Shown in pieces: positions 27,634-35,891 of a DNA stretch of 64,000 nt; the first letter of the stretch is position 1; every line of letters starts with the position of its first letter. Location of the stretch: assembly GCA_050945515.1 (NCBI GenBank), contig JBMNTB010000008.1:1665-65664 (forward strand), in the 5' to 3' direction. The stretch comes from Saccharofermentanales bacterium (lineage in GTDB: Bacteria > Bacillota > Clostridia > Saccharofermentanales > DTU023). Below the pieces are notes generated by a model, which searched no databases, was not told the DNA's origin, and saw nothing but the letters and a program-made list of their open reading frames with translations. The translations under genes and the position numbers were made by a program.

Positions 27634-28464
27634 TCAGCCGAGTGCTACATCAAGAATCATCATAACGGTAAAGCCGAGCATGACGCCGACCGTCGCTACA
27701 TCAGCCTTTACTTCCAGTTCCTCCGTCTCTTGGCGCTGTGCCTCCGGAATCAATTCTTCAACAACAACATAAATCATGGCACCGGCCGCAAAAGCAAGAG
27801 CAAAAGGCAAGATCTGCTGGAAGGCCTGAACTGCCAAGACTCCTATTATGGCCGATATCGGCTCGACAATACCTGACATCTGCCCGTAGAAAAAAGCTTT
27901 GCTCCGCCGCATGCCTTCACGTCTGAGTGGAATCGACACAGCAGCACCTTCAGGAAAATTTTGCAGGCCAATACCGAGAGCGAGCGCTAAAGCACCGGTG
28001 AGATCTGCTCCCTCTACGCCTGCAGCGGCCGCGCCGAAGGCGACACCGACAGCTAGTCCCTCCGGAATATTATGAATCGTAATAGCCAGTACAAGAAGAA
28101 TACTTCTCCTCAATTTCGTTTTCGGACCGTGTATTTCACCGCTTTTGCCTAGTCCAGAGTGCATATGCGGTAACAGATGATCAACAAGCATAAGAAAGCC
28201 GCCCCCGGCCAAAAAACCGAGCGCAGCAACTAAATATGGAATCTGCCCGATCTGCTCCGCCATAACAATCGCCGGCTGCAAAAGCGACCAGAAACTGGCG
28301 GCGATCATCACGCCGGAAGCAAAACCAAGCATAGCGTTCAAGACAATTTTATTAATGCGACGGAAGAAAAAAACCAAGGCCGCACCAAGTGCTGTCATAC
28401 CCCAGGTAAAAAGTGTCCCGAGTAGCGCCTGCAGTACAGGATCAAGTTCTTTTAAAAAAGTCAT
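27634..28464 (-). CDS. ZIP family divalent metal transporter (ZupT/GufA-like)
   Basis: [16 protein letters not shown] and [16 protein letters not shown] motifs. Confidence 0.9.
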   Translation of the reverse strand: MTFLKELDPVLQALLGTLFTWGMTALGAALVFFFRRINKIVLNAMLGFASGVMIAASFWSLLQPAIVMAEQIGQIPYLVAALGFLAGGGFLMLVDHLLPHMHSGLGKSGEIHGPKTKLRRSILLVLAITIHNIPEGLAVGVAFGAAAAGVEGADLTGALALALGIGLQNFPEGAAVSIPLRREGMRRSKAFFYGQMSGIVEPISAIIGVLAVQAFQQILPFALAFAAGAMIYVVVEELIPEAQRQETEELEVKADVATVGVMLGFTVMMILDVALG

Positions 28465-28653
28465 GGATGCTCATCCTTCTTATTGTCAATTCATTAGATA
28501 CAGTTTTGCCCGGCCCGGAGAAGTCAATCAGCAAAATTACTATTTCCCGTCTGCGATTTAAATCACAGAGATAATCCGGGATTCTTCTCCGGCCAGGCAT
28601 CTAATACTGTTAATTTTTTCGAAGTGTTCCTGCGTTAGCCTACCCGACAGTCA

Positions 28654-29346
28654 TCACTCATCTGCGTCTTGGCGGAACGTCAGGAACCAGTCCATCATCT
28701 TATAACCCTTTTCCTTTACTTCTTCATTCCTATCACGTATGGCACCACAGGTTCCGGGCGGAGGAACAATCACATCTTTACCGGGCTCCCAGTCGGCCGG
28801 AAGAGCGACACCTTCCTTATCCGCCTTTTGCAGACCAATCACAATGCGCTTAATTTCCGCAAAGTTTCTGCCGAGGCTTGCCGGGTAATAGAGGATCGTG
28901 CGGATCGTACCCTTGGGATCAATGAAGAAGACGGCACGCACAGCACTCGTATCAGACTCCCCCTGAAGCATCCCATATTTTTTTGCTACGTCCATCTTAA
29001 TGTCAGCAATGACCGGGAACTCAACATTGGGGTTTTCAATTCCGTTCCAGCTGTAACCGCGGATTGCGTTCAACCAGCCGAGGTGCGCATGGATAGAATC
29101 GATCGAAAGACCGACCAGCTCTGTATTAATGGCGCGAAACTCATCATGCATTTTGGCGAATGTCATAAATTCCGTAGTACAGACAGGTGTAAAGTCCGCC
29201 GGGTGTGAAAAGAGAATCACCCACTTACCTTTATAATCCTTAGGGAAATTTATCTCGCCTTGCGTTGTCACTGCCTTAAATTCAGGCGCCTTACTGCCGA
29301 TTACCGGCATAGAAAATGTTTCTTGCTTAGTTACTTGTTCGCTCAT
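28654..29346 (-). CDS. Peroxiredoxin (Prx6/archaeal-type)
   Basis: HPADFTPVCTTEF active site. ATG 29346 follows GGAGG. Confidence 0.9.
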   Translation of the reverse strand: MSEQVTKQETFSMPVIGSKAPEFKAVTTQGEINFPKDYKGKWVILFSHPADFTPVCTTEFMTFAKMHDEFRAINTELVGLSIDSIHAHLGWLNAIRGYSWNGIENPNVEFPVIADIKMDVAKKYGMLQGESDTSAVRAVFFIDPKGTIRTILYYPASLGRNFAEIKRIVIGLQKADKEGVALPADWEPGKDVIVPPPGTCGAIRDRNEEVKEKGYKMMDWFLTFRQDADE

Positions 29347-29376
29347 ATTATCCTCCATCAAAGATTAATTATTTAT

Positions 29377-29790
29377 CTATTCTCTGCATTCCTTACAGAG
29401 TCCTGTAAAGACGAGTTCCTGTGACTCAACAAGATGACCGTCTAGTTCACGCTTGACCTCAGTATTCTGTTGCGGAATATCATATATTTTCTTGCATTTC
29501 CGACAGAAAAAGTGGCCGTGCGTTTCGGATACGGAATCAAAATGTGTTTCTGCACCGGCTGTATGCAGTGAACGAATCACACCCTTCTCTACTAAAAGAT
29601 TCAGTGTGTTATACACCGTTGCCCTTGAGATCGCCGGCACATTAGACCCAAGCTGTTTGAATAAAGCATCCGCAGAAGGATGTTCATCTGACTCAAGAAG
29701 AGAGGCAAGAACCATAATACGCTGATAACTTGTGTATACGTCTGCATTTTTGAGCAATTCCAATGCTTCGAGCTGCGCCGCCTTATTCAT
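29377..29790 (-). CDS. perR: Fur-family regulator, probably PerR
   Basis: HPSA, SRATVYNTL, HGHFFCRKC and CKEC motifs. Lies directly upstream of the peroxiredoxin. Confidence 0.75.
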   Translation of the reverse strand: MNKAAQLEALELLKNADVYTSYQRIMVLASLLESDEHPSADALFKQLGSNVPAISRATVYNTLNLLVEKGVIRSLHTAGAETHFDSVSETHGHFFCRKCKKIYDIPQQNTEVKRELDGHLVESQELVFTGLCKECRE

Positions 29791-29801
29791 AAAAGCCTCC
29801 T

Positions 29802-29835
29802 TTTAATTAAATCTAAATTTAGATTTAATCTAAAT
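29802..29835. promoter_or_regulatory. Per/Fur-box-like nested palindromes upstream of perR
   Basis: Perfect 24-bp palindrome at 29806-29829. Overlapping 7-1-7 TTAGATT-T-AATCTAA at 29819-29833. Confidence 0.65.
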
Positions 29836-30092
29836 AGAGTGTAAATCAAACTTAACAGCTTTTTTGATACTCATGTTACAGGCATAATTGGCCACAAGAG
29901 AATTATTTTTTATAGATATGCTCTCAAAAGAAAGCTAATTATCTATTAATATCGGCCGAACTAAATTGAGATTATTAAAGTAGGAAAACGGTTTTCGCCT
30001 GTGTAAATCAAGCACTCACCTTTTCAGTATGTTCTGATTTTAAAATTATCTTTCTATTTTAGAAAAATTGATGACTTGAAATTATGTTTTCT

Positions 30093-31010
30093 TCAGAAGT
30101 CCTTTTCGAGGGTGAGTATTTCTTCTAACAGAGCTTGGTTGATGGGAGTGGCAATGCCATGTTTTTGGCCTAGCTTGACGACGGTGCCGGCAAAAAGATC
30201 AACTTCTGTTTTACGTCCTTGCAGAAGGTCCTGGCGCATAGAGGGCATGCCCTCCGCAGCAAGAGGCTTAATGACATCCAGCCAATGTAAGATATCGTTT
30301 TCACTCAGATTGACTCCTTCTGCTTTTGCCAGAGGAATGACCTCACGCATAGCAGCAATCATGCGCTCGCGCTCCGGACCTTGGCGCTGAACCAAACCGT
30401 AATTGCCTTCACAGACACTGACAACTTGATTGATACCGACATTGAGCATAAACTTGCCCCACATCCGGTCGCGCATATCAGTCACAAGGGTATAAGGAAT
30501 CTTCGCTCGAGTAAGATAATCTGCTACAAGCAACAGGCGAGATGTAATTTGATCAGAGTTGAGTTCGCCCAAGGTGAAATCGCCCATGTTTCTCCAGTAG
30601 AGCCGATTGCCCTCTTTGGTAGCATCCATGCCCTGGACCGTACAACCAACAACTTTATCCCCATATACGGCGCCAATATCCTCTTCACTGCTGATGCCGT
30701 TGAGAAGCGAGAGGATGATGGTCTGATCTCCGACATGTTGTGCCGTATCAGCAATGGCCTGGGGCAGTTGGCCGTACTTGACAGCAAAAATTAAAAGGTC
30801 AGCCGGCTCACAGGTCTCATCCGGTCGAAACATATTAAAGCTTAGCTCTTTGTCATTATTATAAAGCCCTTCTTTGCGATATCTTTCCTGGCGAACCGCA
30901 TCTGCAATGACGCGAAAACCGCCGGGGGAAACGGCAGAGGCGAAAGACTCGGAAAAGAGGAGGCCGAGGGCTCCAAGGCCGATCAAACTGACAGTTTTAA
31001 TTTGCTTCAT
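30093..31010 (-). CDS. panE: Ketopantoate reductase family protein (PanE/ApbA)
   Basis: IGLGALG Rossmann motif, FAVK, LLNG, WGKFMLN and SMRQD...TEVD. Confidence 0.8.
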   Translation of the reverse strand: MKQIKTVSLIGLGALGLLFSESFASAVSPGGFRVIADAVRQERYRKEGLYNNDKELSFNMFRPDETCEPADLLIFAVKYGQLPQAIADTAQHVGDQTIILSLLNGISSEEDIGAVYGDKVVGCTVQGMDATKEGNRLYWRNMGDFTLGELNSDQITSRLLLVADYLTRAKIPYTLVTDMRDRMWGKFMLNVGINQVVSVCEGNYGLVQRQGPERERMIAAMREVIPLAKAEGVNLSENDILHWLDVIKPLAAEGMPSMRQDLLQGRKTEVDLFAGTVVKLGQKHGIATPINQALLEEILTLEKDF

Positions 31011-31093
31011 GATTTTTCACTTTTTATACTTTCTTTTGTAAATAGAATAGAGCTGCAAATAATCGCAGCGTTATCGTGTCCATCGAAATGAGG

Positions 31094-31133
31094 GGGGATT
31101 CTCCGCAACTAGGTTTAGTTTTGGAGAATCCCC
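31094..31133 (-). terminator. Hairpin downstream of the DUF819 gene (probable terminator)
   Basis: GGGGATTCTCC / GGAGAATCCCC inverted repeat; U tract is weak. Confidence 0.5.
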
Positions 31134-31226
31134 TCTCTTATACAGACAATATTTGTGTTATTTATTCTGCACTTCCTGCGCAGAGGAATAAATAATTTTC
31201 AGCGACTTGCAGCTAACTTACCAGGG

Positions 31227-32483
31227 TTAGAAGTTCTGCAGCAATGTAGCCATGAAAATACCCAGATAGTTACCGATGACATAGCCGAAGATACCGGCCA
31301 GGATGATCGGACCTATGAGCTTGGTCCAGCCTTTGGAAATGGCCATAGCTGCTGCTGTGGTCGGACCGCCGATATTGGCATTGGAACAGAGCAAAATCTC
31401 CTCGAGGTTGAATTTGAAGAGCTTGCCGAGTCCCAATGAGACAACCATATTGACAATGACGATAATTCCCGCAAAGACTAGAAGCAGAGGAGCATTCTTG
31501 ATGATTTGCGGAATCGAGGCCGGCACACCAATGACAACCAGGAAAATATAGATCAGGAAAGTTCCCAGCTCTTGGGCCCCGTTAATATTACCTAAGAAAT
31601 TAGGTAAGAAAGTGGCCAAGAGCATGGTCAAGGTCGTGATCCACAGATACTGGCTGCCGAGGAAGTTGCCTGCCAGTGATTGGAAAAAATCTCCGATAGT
31701 GGCAGAAGTCTCCGGTACCGGCACCAAGCCTTTAAGCCAGGTGGCAAGTTCCGTGGAAATCCAGACGATCATAAAAGAGGTGGCCATCGCCTTGGCAATA
31801 TCCAGCAGTGAAATGTTCTTGGGGCTCCAGTACTGGGCTGCCAAGGTTTTGTCCCTTTCTTCCGAAGCCGCCTCGACTTCATCTATATGCGGATGCGTAA
31901 AATGTTTGCGGAAGAACTTGACTGAGGGAATGGCCAGCAAAACAAAGAAATATAAGGCCATCAATAGATTGTCAGCCACAGTCAGTTCAGCAATAGTCCA
32001 AGCGGTTACTTTATTAGCCACATCGTATTGCGCTGCCATGGCTGCAAAGTTGACGCCGCCGCCGATATAGGTCCCAGTCATCATGGCTACGGCGGGCATT
32101 AGCTGGTCAATCGCACCTTTCAGGGCAAAATAAGCAATAGCGACACCCAGCAGAGTACCTAGAGCCGATAAGCAGAACATGACCAGGATCCGGCCGCTCT
32201 CACGCCAGATCTTCTTCAGATTGGCATTGAATAAGAGCAGAGGAATACCGAGTGGAACGACATAACCCCAGACCGCATCGTAAACCGGGGCATCGGTAGG
32301 TATCACATTGAAATTGGCCAGCAACATCGCGATCAGCAAACCGATAATCGCACCGGTGATCTTAGCCGCCCATTCATATTTCTGTTCCAGATAGATCGAA
32401 ATACAGGTAATCAGGACTAAGATCGCCCATAATGCCCATGTATTATCTGCCTTAATAAATGAATCGGCAATTACAGTAAACAT
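31227..32483 (-). CDS. DUF819-family multi-pass membrane protein (putative transporter)
   Basis: GTYIGGGVNF and SNANIGGPTTAAAMA motifs, about 11 TM. ATG follows GGGAGG. Confidence 0.75.
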   Translation of the reverse strand: MFTVIADSFIKADNTWALWAILVLITCISIYLEQKYEWAAKITGAIIGLLIAMLLANFNVIPTDAPVYDAVWGYVVPLGIPLLLFNANLKKIWRESGRILVMFCLSALGTLLGVAIAYFALKGAIDQLMPAVAMMTGTYIGGGVNFAAMAAQYDVANKVTAWTIAELTVADNLLMALYFFVLLAIPSVKFFRKHFTHPHIDEVEAASEERDKTLAAQYWSPKNISLLDIAKAMATSFMIVWISTELATWLKGLVPVPETSATIGDFFQSLAGNFLGSQYLWITTLTMLLATFLPNFLGNINGAQELGTFLIYIFLVVIGVPASIPQIIKNAPLLLVFAGIIVIVNMVVSLGLGKLFKFNLEEILLCSNANIGGPTTAAAMAISKGWTKLIGPIILAGIFGYVIGNYLGIFMATLLQNF

Positions 32484-32575
32484 ACAAAACCTCCCTTGAA
32501 TTTCAAATATCAAATAACTCTATCTTAGTAACCGGTTTGCCGGTTCAGATAGGACTTCTCTCCCAAAAGCACAAC

Positions 32576-33550
32576 TCAGGCTCTGACTCTTCTAAAGAAG
32601 TTGACAAAATTCTCACCTGAGAGTTTTCTGATATCAGCCGCGGAATAGCCTCTGCGTTCCAGTTCCGCCAGCATATTAGGCGCATCTCCGATGTTCTGCA
32701 GTCCCTGCAATCCATGATCGGGACTGGAGCTAAAACTGGCAAGAGTATCGAGATTGAGGAAATCATCAAAATCGAAACCAAAGCCGACATGATCTATTCC
32801 CATACGCTCAACCAGATAGTCAATATGATCGACCAGACGGGATAGGGTTTGTTCCTCGCGCTTATGGCTGACAAATTCATTGAAAGCATTGATTCCAACC
32901 ATTCCTCCACCCTGGCGTATGGCATCGATCTGCTCATCCCACAAATTCCTGGGCACATCACAGATCTGACGTACATTTGAGTGCGAGGCAATAACAGGAG
33001 CTGAAGTAGTTTCTAAGATATCCCAGAATGATTTTTCATTGGTATGGGCAACATCTACGATCATTTTCAGCTCATTCATAACGCGTATCGCTTGCCGACC
33101 GTAATCTGTCAAGCCACGAGTCGGATCTTGTGTAGGACCGGTCGACAGATCATTCAACTCATTCCAGGTTAGCATTGCCAGCCTGAAGCCCATACGTTCA
33201 AAGGCATAGAGCATTTCGACATTAGTGCCAATGCCGCTCAACCCTTCAAGGCCGAGCATAACTCCCAGCTTGCCGGCTGCTTCCGCTGCCGCGAAATCCT
33301 CCGGCTCTGTTACGACCTGGATAATATCCTGGTTTTCCCACAGCTCTGCCGACATAGCACCGAGACTTTCGATCATACGTTCCTGGGGTCTTTGATCATG
33401 AGGCGGGTCTGCCCAGATAATAAAAACTCCGCCGGTAAGTCCACCCTGGCGGAAACGATCCAGATGACGCTTTTTGATCACGGACTTCATGCCCTGCAAA
33501 CGTTGTACAGTCACATCGGTCCAAATATCTCCATGCAGATCAAGTAACAT
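32576..33550 (-). CDS. Membrane dipeptidase family (peptidase M19)
   Basis: DLHGD, LEG, LTWN, DVAH, ASHSN, RN and GFDFD motifs. Confidence 0.88.
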   Translation of the reverse strand: MLLDLHGDIWTDVTVQRLQGMKSVIKKRHLDRFRQGGLTGGVFIIWADPPHDQRPQERMIESLGAMSAELWENQDIIQVVTEPEDFAAAEAAGKLGVMLGLEGLSGIGTNVEMLYAFERMGFRLAMLTWNELNDLSTGPTQDPTRGLTDYGRQAIRVMNELKMIVDVAHTNEKSFWDILETTSAPVIASHSNVRQICDVPRNLWDEQIDAIRQGGGMVGINAFNEFVSHKREEQTLSRLVDHIDYLVERMGIDHVGFGFDFDDFLNLDTLASFSSSPDHGLQGLQNIGDAPNMLAELERRGYSAADIRKLSGENFVNFFRRVRA

Positions 33551-33677
33551 AATTACCTCCTTTCCGTATATGATTGTTTATCAAATATTATACATTTATT
33601 ATACATTTTTGCTAGCTGCTGTGTGTTAATAAAAATATTTATGACGATTGGTAACAAAGAAAACTGTAAAAATAATA

Positions 33678-35879
33678 CTATTCCAGAGTATCCGGATGCT
33701 GTAAAATTAGGATTTTATCCGGCAGTTCCACTTTGATCAGATAGCCTTGGGCAATTGCTGTTTCAATTCTTGCGGCAAAAGCTTCCCGCCGGTTGTAGCG
33801 TAAATCAATCACAATATAGTCGGCCGGCCATGTCTCTGCATCAGGAATATGCTCATAGTTGAGGTCAATCAGCTTTGACCTGCCGGACAGATATGTTGTA
33901 AGCCAGGTGGTCGCCCGAACCGAGGCCTGATCTGGTATTTGATCCATCTCATATTTCATTTCTTGGGCAATCTGTAGGCGTTGTTTGACTGTGGCGTGCG
34001 GAACATAATGCTCAGTGAATACTGTTGCGCCGAAATACAGGGCGGCAACCAGCATGATGCCGGAGATCATACTCAATGCCAGATAAGATTTGGACGGGTA
34101 CTGTTTCTGATAGGCGGTCGCCTTCGTTTCTGCATAAGGCAGCTGTCGCAATTTGGCTTGTCTGGGCAGTGTCGGTCGATAGAAGCTGAAACTATGCTGA
34201 AACATGTCCTCAACAGCTAATATGGTGGCAAAGATCAGCAATACTCCCGTGCCATAATGATATTGGAAGTTAATATTATGCTGATACTGGTAGTCCGGTA
34301 TCAGGTTCATGATCAGCCAGGGCAGCAGCAGGATATGATCCGCTCCCGGCTTGCGCAGCAAAGGCAGGAAGGCCAGGGGTGCCATCATAGTTAGGATATA
34401 TATCAACTTCTCCGCGGTAAAAATACGAGTCAAAACATAGGCAGGATGCAATATGCTGGTGAGCACTACGCCCGGCAGACCGTATTCCGGCCAGGCCATC
34501 AGATTGGCAAAGCGGCTGTCCATGGCACCCAGGCCCCTTGTATTGAGCCAGTGCAGAGCCAGTACAAACCAGGTCAGACCGAATAGCAGCATAATGATGC
34601 CATGCCGCTTGTTTGTACGTTTTGACCACAGCATCCAGAATCCGATCAGGATTATATATATTGCAGCATCCTCTTTGACGGCGAGCACCAGCACAGTAAA
34701 AACAAAAGTGCCGACAGTATTTTGCTTGAGAACAAATAGCAGCAGCCAGAGCAATAAGGGTGCCAGGAAACAGTTTTCGTGCAGGTCGTACATGCTGCTG
34801 CCACTCAGGGCCGGATGTGCCAGATACAGCAGAGAAAAGACAGCTGCTCTTCTATTAGGCCAGTGGAGAAATTTCATGAGCAGGAATAATGGAATAACCC
34901 CTGAGGCAACCGATACTATTTGTGCCAGCTGGAGTGCTGCCGGGCTTTTCGTAAACAGATACAGCGGCAGCAAGAGATAATAAATGGGCGACACATGCAC
35001 AGCGAAATGGTTAAGTTCGTAACTTCTCTCCAGCGTAGTAGTGGGCAGCCCGGTCTTGGACATATTGTGAAACATCTGGGCGAAAATACCAAAATCATAT
35101 GTCGGTGTAGAAAGGGTAGTAGTGCGCACATATAGAATATAACCGAATAAGCCGATGTGGATCAGAAAAGCAAGACCGACCAGATAATACACTCTATACT
35201 GCCCGGCAGACGATTTATGCGGTTTTTTGATGATGGCGACATCCGGGAACAGGTGCGCTGTCACTGCGCCTGCCAGTGCTCCTTGCAGCGCTAAAACCAG
35301 CGTCAGTATAATCCGGAGCATCAGTTTCTGTTCTACGCCTGCAGTAACGGCAGGCAGTAGGACTAGACAGCTGATTATATTCAGCGCGGTTAGGAGAACT
35401 CCGCCGATGAACAAAGCCCAGCCTGTATAGAAAAAGAACTTGTTTTCTCTGTTGGCCGTTAAAAAATTACGGGTTGCTGCCAGGAGAAATAGGCACAACA
35501 TAAGCAGGCCGAAACAATATGGCAGAGACTGTTGCTGAGCAGGGTCGATATAGTCGAGATACCAGAGTTGCACAATAAACAGCCAGGAAGATACCAGCAG
35601 GCATAACTGACCGAGCTTCAGTTTATCTAATCTGATTGGAACCAGAATTAAGATTATTGCCACCGCTAACGTAATTAGGGCGCCATTAAGGAAAGATGTG
35701 GCTGACATCTGCCTGATATAGTCGAGAGACAGAATTTGAACCTGTTGGGCAGTAGAGCCGATGACATTAATGATACAGAAAATCAGCCAGGCCGAGACAG
35801 AATAATATATAACAAGCTGCAGAATATACCCTATCTGATCCGGCTTAATTTTCTTCAATAATGTTTTCCGGCCAGACAT
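33678..35879 (-). CDS. DUF2079-type polytopic membrane protein (GT-C-like glycosyltransferase candidate)
   Basis: YDFGIFAQ, HFAVHVSP, DLHEN and KED motifs within many TM helices. Confidence 0.65.
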   Translation of the reverse strand: MSGRKTLLKKIKPDQIGYILQLVIYYSVSAWLIFCIINVIGSTAQQVQILSLDYIRQMSATSFLNGALITLAVAIILILVPIRLDKLKLGQLCLLVSSWLFIVQLWYLDYIDPAQQQSLPYCFGLLMLCLFLLAATRNFLTANRENKFFFYTGWALFIGGVLLTALNIISCLVLLPAVTAGVEQKLMLRIILTLVLALQGALAGAVTAHLFPDVAIIKKPHKSSAGQYRVYYLVGLAFLIHIGLFGYILYVRTTTLSTPTYDFGIFAQMFHNMSKTGLPTTTLERSYELNHFAVHVSPIYYLLLPLYLFTKSPAALQLAQIVSVASGVIPLFLLMKFLHWPNRRAAVFSLLYLAHPALSGSSMYDLHENCFLAPLLLWLLLFVLKQNTVGTFVFTVLVLAVKEDAAIYIILIGFWMLWSKRTNKRHGIIMLLFGLTWFVLALHWLNTRGLGAMDSRFANLMAWPEYGLPGVVLTSILHPAYVLTRIFTAEKLIYILTMMAPLAFLPLLRKPGADHILLLPWLIMNLIPDYQYQHNINFQYHYGTGVLLIFATILAVEDMFQHSFSFYRPTLPRQAKLRQLPYAETKATAYQKQYPSKSYLALSMISGIMLVAALYFGATVFTEHYVPHATVKQRLQIAQEMKYEMDQIPDQASVRATTWLTTYLSGRSKLIDLNYEHIPDAETWPADYIVIDLRYNRREAFAARIETAIAQGYLIKVELPDKILILQHPDTLE

Positions 35880-35891
35880 GCTCACTCCTCA

